Virus record (IMG/VR): IMGVR_UViG_2881717282_000001
Coordinates: 1-64,000 of that record
From: an uncultured virus (IMG/VR IMGVR_UViG_2881717282_000001)
Lineage: Duplodnaviria; Heunggongvirae; Uroviricota; Caudoviricetes
Strand: one strand, 5' to 3'
DNA: 64,000 nt
The number at the start of each line of letters is the position of its first letter. The stretch's first letter is position 1. Shown one piece after another: positions 60,199 to 64,000 of the stretch. The position numbers and the translations under genes were made by a program. The notes under the pieces were generated by a model, which was given only the letters and a program-made list of their open reading frames with translations, had not been told where the DNA came from and did not search any database.

Positions 60199-61680
60199 AT
60201 GATGAAAACAGGCCAGATCAATGATCAAGACTACAAAGAATTATATCTTCAGACAAAGCAGTTATATGCAGATATGATGACTGTATATGATGAATTGAAG
60301 AAACAGGTTGAACTGCTTCAACAGGAAAATTTCTTATTGAAGGAAACCAATGAATATTACCGAAAAAAACTGTTCGGAACCAAAAGTGAGACGGCAAGGT
60401 CACTTGGTTTTGAGCAGCTTTCTTTATTTGATGAGGCCGAAACGATACTGGGAGAGAATCCCGGATATGTGGATATCACCTATAAACGCAAGAAGAAACA
60501 TAAAAAAGTGCCTGGCGAGATCAGTGCAAAATTTAAGAACCTGCCAAAGATCAAACGACTGCTGGATATCCCCAAAGAAGACCGGTACTGTGAACAATGT
60601 GGATCTGAGATGGTCCGTGTCGGTGAAGAGTTCGTACGCAATGAATTGAAGTTCACACCGCCAAAACTGGAACTGGTCGAAGTATATCGAACGACATATG
60701 AATGCAGAAACTGCAGGAAACATGGCAAGCCCCATATGATTAAAGCAGAAGTACCGGCCAATGTGATACCGCACAGCTATGCATCCGCAGACAGTGTGGC
60801 ATATATCATGGTACAGAAGTATGTGAATGCAGTGACACTTTACCGGCAGGAGCAGACATGGAAGCACCTGGGAGCAGAATTGAGCCGTGCCACCATGTCA
60901 AGCTGGATGGTCATTGCTGCCAGAGAATGGCTATATCCTTTGATTCGCAGGATGCATTCCATATTGATTGATCAGAAGTATATCCATGCGGATGAAACAA
61001 CGGTCCAGGTGCTCAAAGAAAAAGACAAGAAGAATACTTCAAAGTCATATATGTGGGTATATACAACGCATAAATATTCGAAGACACCGATACGATTGTT
61101 CGATTATCAGCCGAACCGGAAAGGTATCCAGGCAAAGGAATACCTGGAAGGATTCAGTGGATCATTGATCACCGATGCGTATGCAGGATATGATCAGATC
61201 AACGGAGTAGAACACTGTTACTGCTGGGCACATCTGAGAAGATATTTCACCGATGCCCTGCCAAAGGATCTGAAGTCAATGAATGCCACCTATCCAAAAC
61301 AGGCCATCGAGAAACTGCAGAAGATCTTCCATGAAGAAGCATTATTAGAAGATCTTGATGCAGAGACCAGACAAAGGAAACGGAAAGAGATACAGGCGCC
61401 AATGGTCGAAGAATTTTTTGCGTGGATAGAAACAAATAAGGACAAAGTACTTGCGTCATCAAAATGCGGAAAGGCTTTTCATTATGCTCTAAACCAGAAA
61501 GCAGGACTCATCAAATATCTGGAAGATGGAAATATACCAATGACCAACAGCATAGCTGAAAGAGCTATACGGCCATTCACGGTCGGCAGAAAAAACTGGC
61601 TGTTCAATGGAGGACCACAAGGAGCGAAAGCGAGTGCAGCGATATACAGTATCGTCGAAACAGCGAAAGCGAGAGTGTAA
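60199..61680 (+). pseudogene. tnpC: IS66 transposase, C-terminally truncated
   Basis: HADET, TDAYAGY, CWAHLRR, NSIAERAIR, GRKNWLF; stops at ETAKA where IS256 begins. Confidence 0.85.
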
Positions 61681-63470
61681 TCTAAACTGTGTAAGTTAGT
61701 TAGATGCGTACGGCTAACTAATGAACACAGTTTTTATTATGCCTATCTCATGATATGGTTGAAGGAGAAAAAGGAAAATGAATGAAATGAGTAAAATTAA
61801 AAGAAATCCCGCCGCTGTCAAGATTGCCAATGAAATCCTTAAAGAATATGACTGTGATTCATTAACCGATATGCAGGATGCTCTCAAAGAAATCTTTGGT
61901 CCATTGTTTGAAGGCATGCTTCAGGGGGAAATGGACAATCATCTTGGTTATAAATCCAATTCAAAAGAGCCAAAATCTACAAAGAACAGAAGAAATGGTT
62001 CCAATCCCAAAACTTTAAAAACCACAATGGGAGAAGTAGAAATCAATGCGCCAAGAGACAGGAATGGATCCTTCGAACCAGTCATTGTTCCCAAACGATC
62101 AAAGGATGTTTCCGATATCGAAGGAAAGGTATTATCCATGTATGCACGTGGAATGTCACAACGTGATATCTCATCAACGATCGAGGATATTTATGGTTTT
62201 AAAGTATCACATGATATGATNTCGAAGGAAAGGTATTATCCATGTATGCACGTGGAATGTCACAACGGGATATCTCATCAACGATCGAGGATATTTATGG
62301 TTTTAAAGTATCCCATGATATGATCTCGGATATAACCAATGCTATCCTTCCGGAAGTGGAAGAATGGCAGAACAGACCGCTCAAAAAATGTTACCCATTT
62401 GTTTTTGTCGACTGTATGTATGTTTCTGTCAGAAACGATTATGAAGCCAAAGAAGAAGCCGTTTATGTGATTCTTGGGTATGACCTGCAGGGACAAAAGG
62501 AAATTCTTGGTTTGTGGATGGATTCCACGGAATCAAAGAACTACTGGATGCAGGTATTTGATGAGATCAAGGCACGAGGAGTCGAAGATATCTTTTTCAT
62601 TTCTATGGATGGCGTATCCGGTCTTGAATCGGGTGCCAAAGCTATTTTCCCCGGAGTTGTCGTACAAAGATGTATCGTTCATCTGATTCGGAACTCCATC
62701 CGATATGTACCAACCAAGGACTACAAAAAATTCACTGCCGATCTTAAAAAAGTATATGGAGCCTCTTCACTAAAAGCAGCTAAGACTGCGTTCGACACAT
62801 TCTGCGACAACTGGAAACAATATCCTGGAGCGATCGAAGTATGGAAAAGGAATTTCCTTCATGTAGAACAGCTGTTTGATTATGGATCTGCTGTTCGAAA
62901 AGTCATGTATACGACAAATGCGATCGAATCGGTAAATTCCTCCTTTCGAAAAGTGACGAAAAAAGGGTCATTTCCAAATCATGAAGCTGTATTCAAGCTG
63001 CTCTATTTACGGGTGAAGGAACTACAGAAAAAATGGGACAAAGGACATTTGAATAATTGGTCGATGGTATTGAATCAATTGTTGGTCAACGATCAGTTTA
63101 AGGATCGTATCGAAAAGTACATTCAATACTGAATCTTGAAATGATATATATTCCANATAATTGGTCGATGGTATTGAATCAATTGTTGGTCAACGATCAG
63201 TTTAAGGATCGTATCGAAAAGTACATTCAATACTGAATCTTGAAATGATATATATTCCAATTTCCTTGTTTACAATGAGACTCCGCCCCTAAGAACCCGA
63301 AAAAACGGCCAGTCAAAAAAATCAATTTTCAGCTGGCCGTTTTAAGCATACCTTAGGGTCGATCATTATAAACAAGTTTTCTCGGCATAAAACATCATTT
63401 TAAAAACAAGATCGAGAACTTATCAAAATCGACTATAAAATATTAAATACACACTTTTCTTGACAAACCC
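61671..63470 (+). mobile_element. IS256-family element
   Basis: Imperfect terminal IRs GAGAGTGTAATCTAAACTGTGTA / TACACACTTTTCTTGACAAACCC. Confidence 0.88.
61778..63132 (+). CDS. IS256 (mutator-type) transposase; split by assembly gap at 62221
   Basis: NRRNG, PRDRNGSFEP, MYARGMS, QRCIVHLIRN, YTTNAIES. Confidence 0.88.
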
Positions 63471-63473
63471 ATA

Positions 63474-63656
63474 TCAATCGTACTTTTTCATTTTGCTTTT
63501 TTTGTACTCTTCCGGAAATGTATAAGAATTATATTCATCCATGGCCTTTTTTGCATTATCTGGGCATTCTTCAGTTGGTATAAACATATGCCCCAATTCA
63601 TGTGTATACCACTCTGGATGTCCACAAAATTTTCTTAAGTTATGGTCTGCTCTCAT
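63474..63656 (-). CDS. Small hypothetical protein
   Basis: 60-aa ORF preceded by a weak RBS. Confidence 0.4.
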   Translation of the reverse strand: MRADHNLRKFCGHPEWYTHELGHMFIPTEECPDNAKKAMDEYNSYTFPEEYKKSKMKKYD

Positions 63657-64000
63657 AATTTAACACCTGCCCTTTTAAAACGTCATCTGCGTATTATGAT
63701 TTCGTCACATTCTGTGCATTATTTACATCTGGAACTAATTCCAAACGAGAATTCCAGTATCTATTACTTGTATGTTTTAGCACATACTTGGTCACTCCTG
63801 ATTACAACATTCAATACCAAAAGGCTTCATAACGGTCCTTAAATCGCCTTCTGGGTAATAGTCAAATTCGACAATATTATTCGTTTGTTTAACGTTCTTT
63901 ATGATTACCATATACGACCTTACCTTTTTAGAATAATCATACAACTTTTCTATGGATTACAGAGGGGGCTTATATAAAAATTTCTAAAACTGAAGACGGT

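Larger units (their letters stand above)
59301..61670 (+). mobile_element. IS66-family element, right end missing
   Basis: Starts GTAAGCGTC; tnpA-tnpB-tnpC order; cut by IS256. Confidence 0.88.

Noticed and set aside
62118..62324. 103-bp tandem duplication and frameshift in the IS256 transposase
   Set aside because: Copies flank a single N at 62221 and match the length of the second duplication; scaffolding artefact
63053..63259. 103-bp tandem duplication at the transposase 3' end
   Set aside because: Flanks the N at 63156; assembly artefact

Overview
Bacillota (Firmicutes)-type chromosomal window dominated by an apparently complete ~55.8 kb siphovirus-like prophage (2774-58582). It is integrated, probably by its two tandem large serine recombinases, inside the host type I R-M methyltransferase gene hsdM, which it splits at KVY|DPACGSG with a 2-bp GA/TC core. 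Left of the prophage are the 3' half of hsdM and a host hsdS whose third TRD is out of frame behind a (TTCGTTG)6 tract, suggesting phase variation. The left prophage arm is a minus-strand defence operon: a two-gene pair sharing an N-rich, amyloid-like motif, a small HTH protein, an RloC-like ABC ATPase, its own type I R-M system with an embedded DUF1917-like gene, and EVE-McrBC. The plus-strand core encodes a sigma-like factor, PolA-type replication genes, HNH/TerS, a SAM synthetase and DNA methylase, promoter-headed cassette genes, head and tail genes, lysis genes and the recombinases. The right arm carries an XRE regulator and a HEPN-like gene. Beyond it are the 5' half of hsdM, an IS66 truncated by an IS256, and two scaffold-gap duplications. 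All family assignments come from motif recognition by eye, not from database searches.
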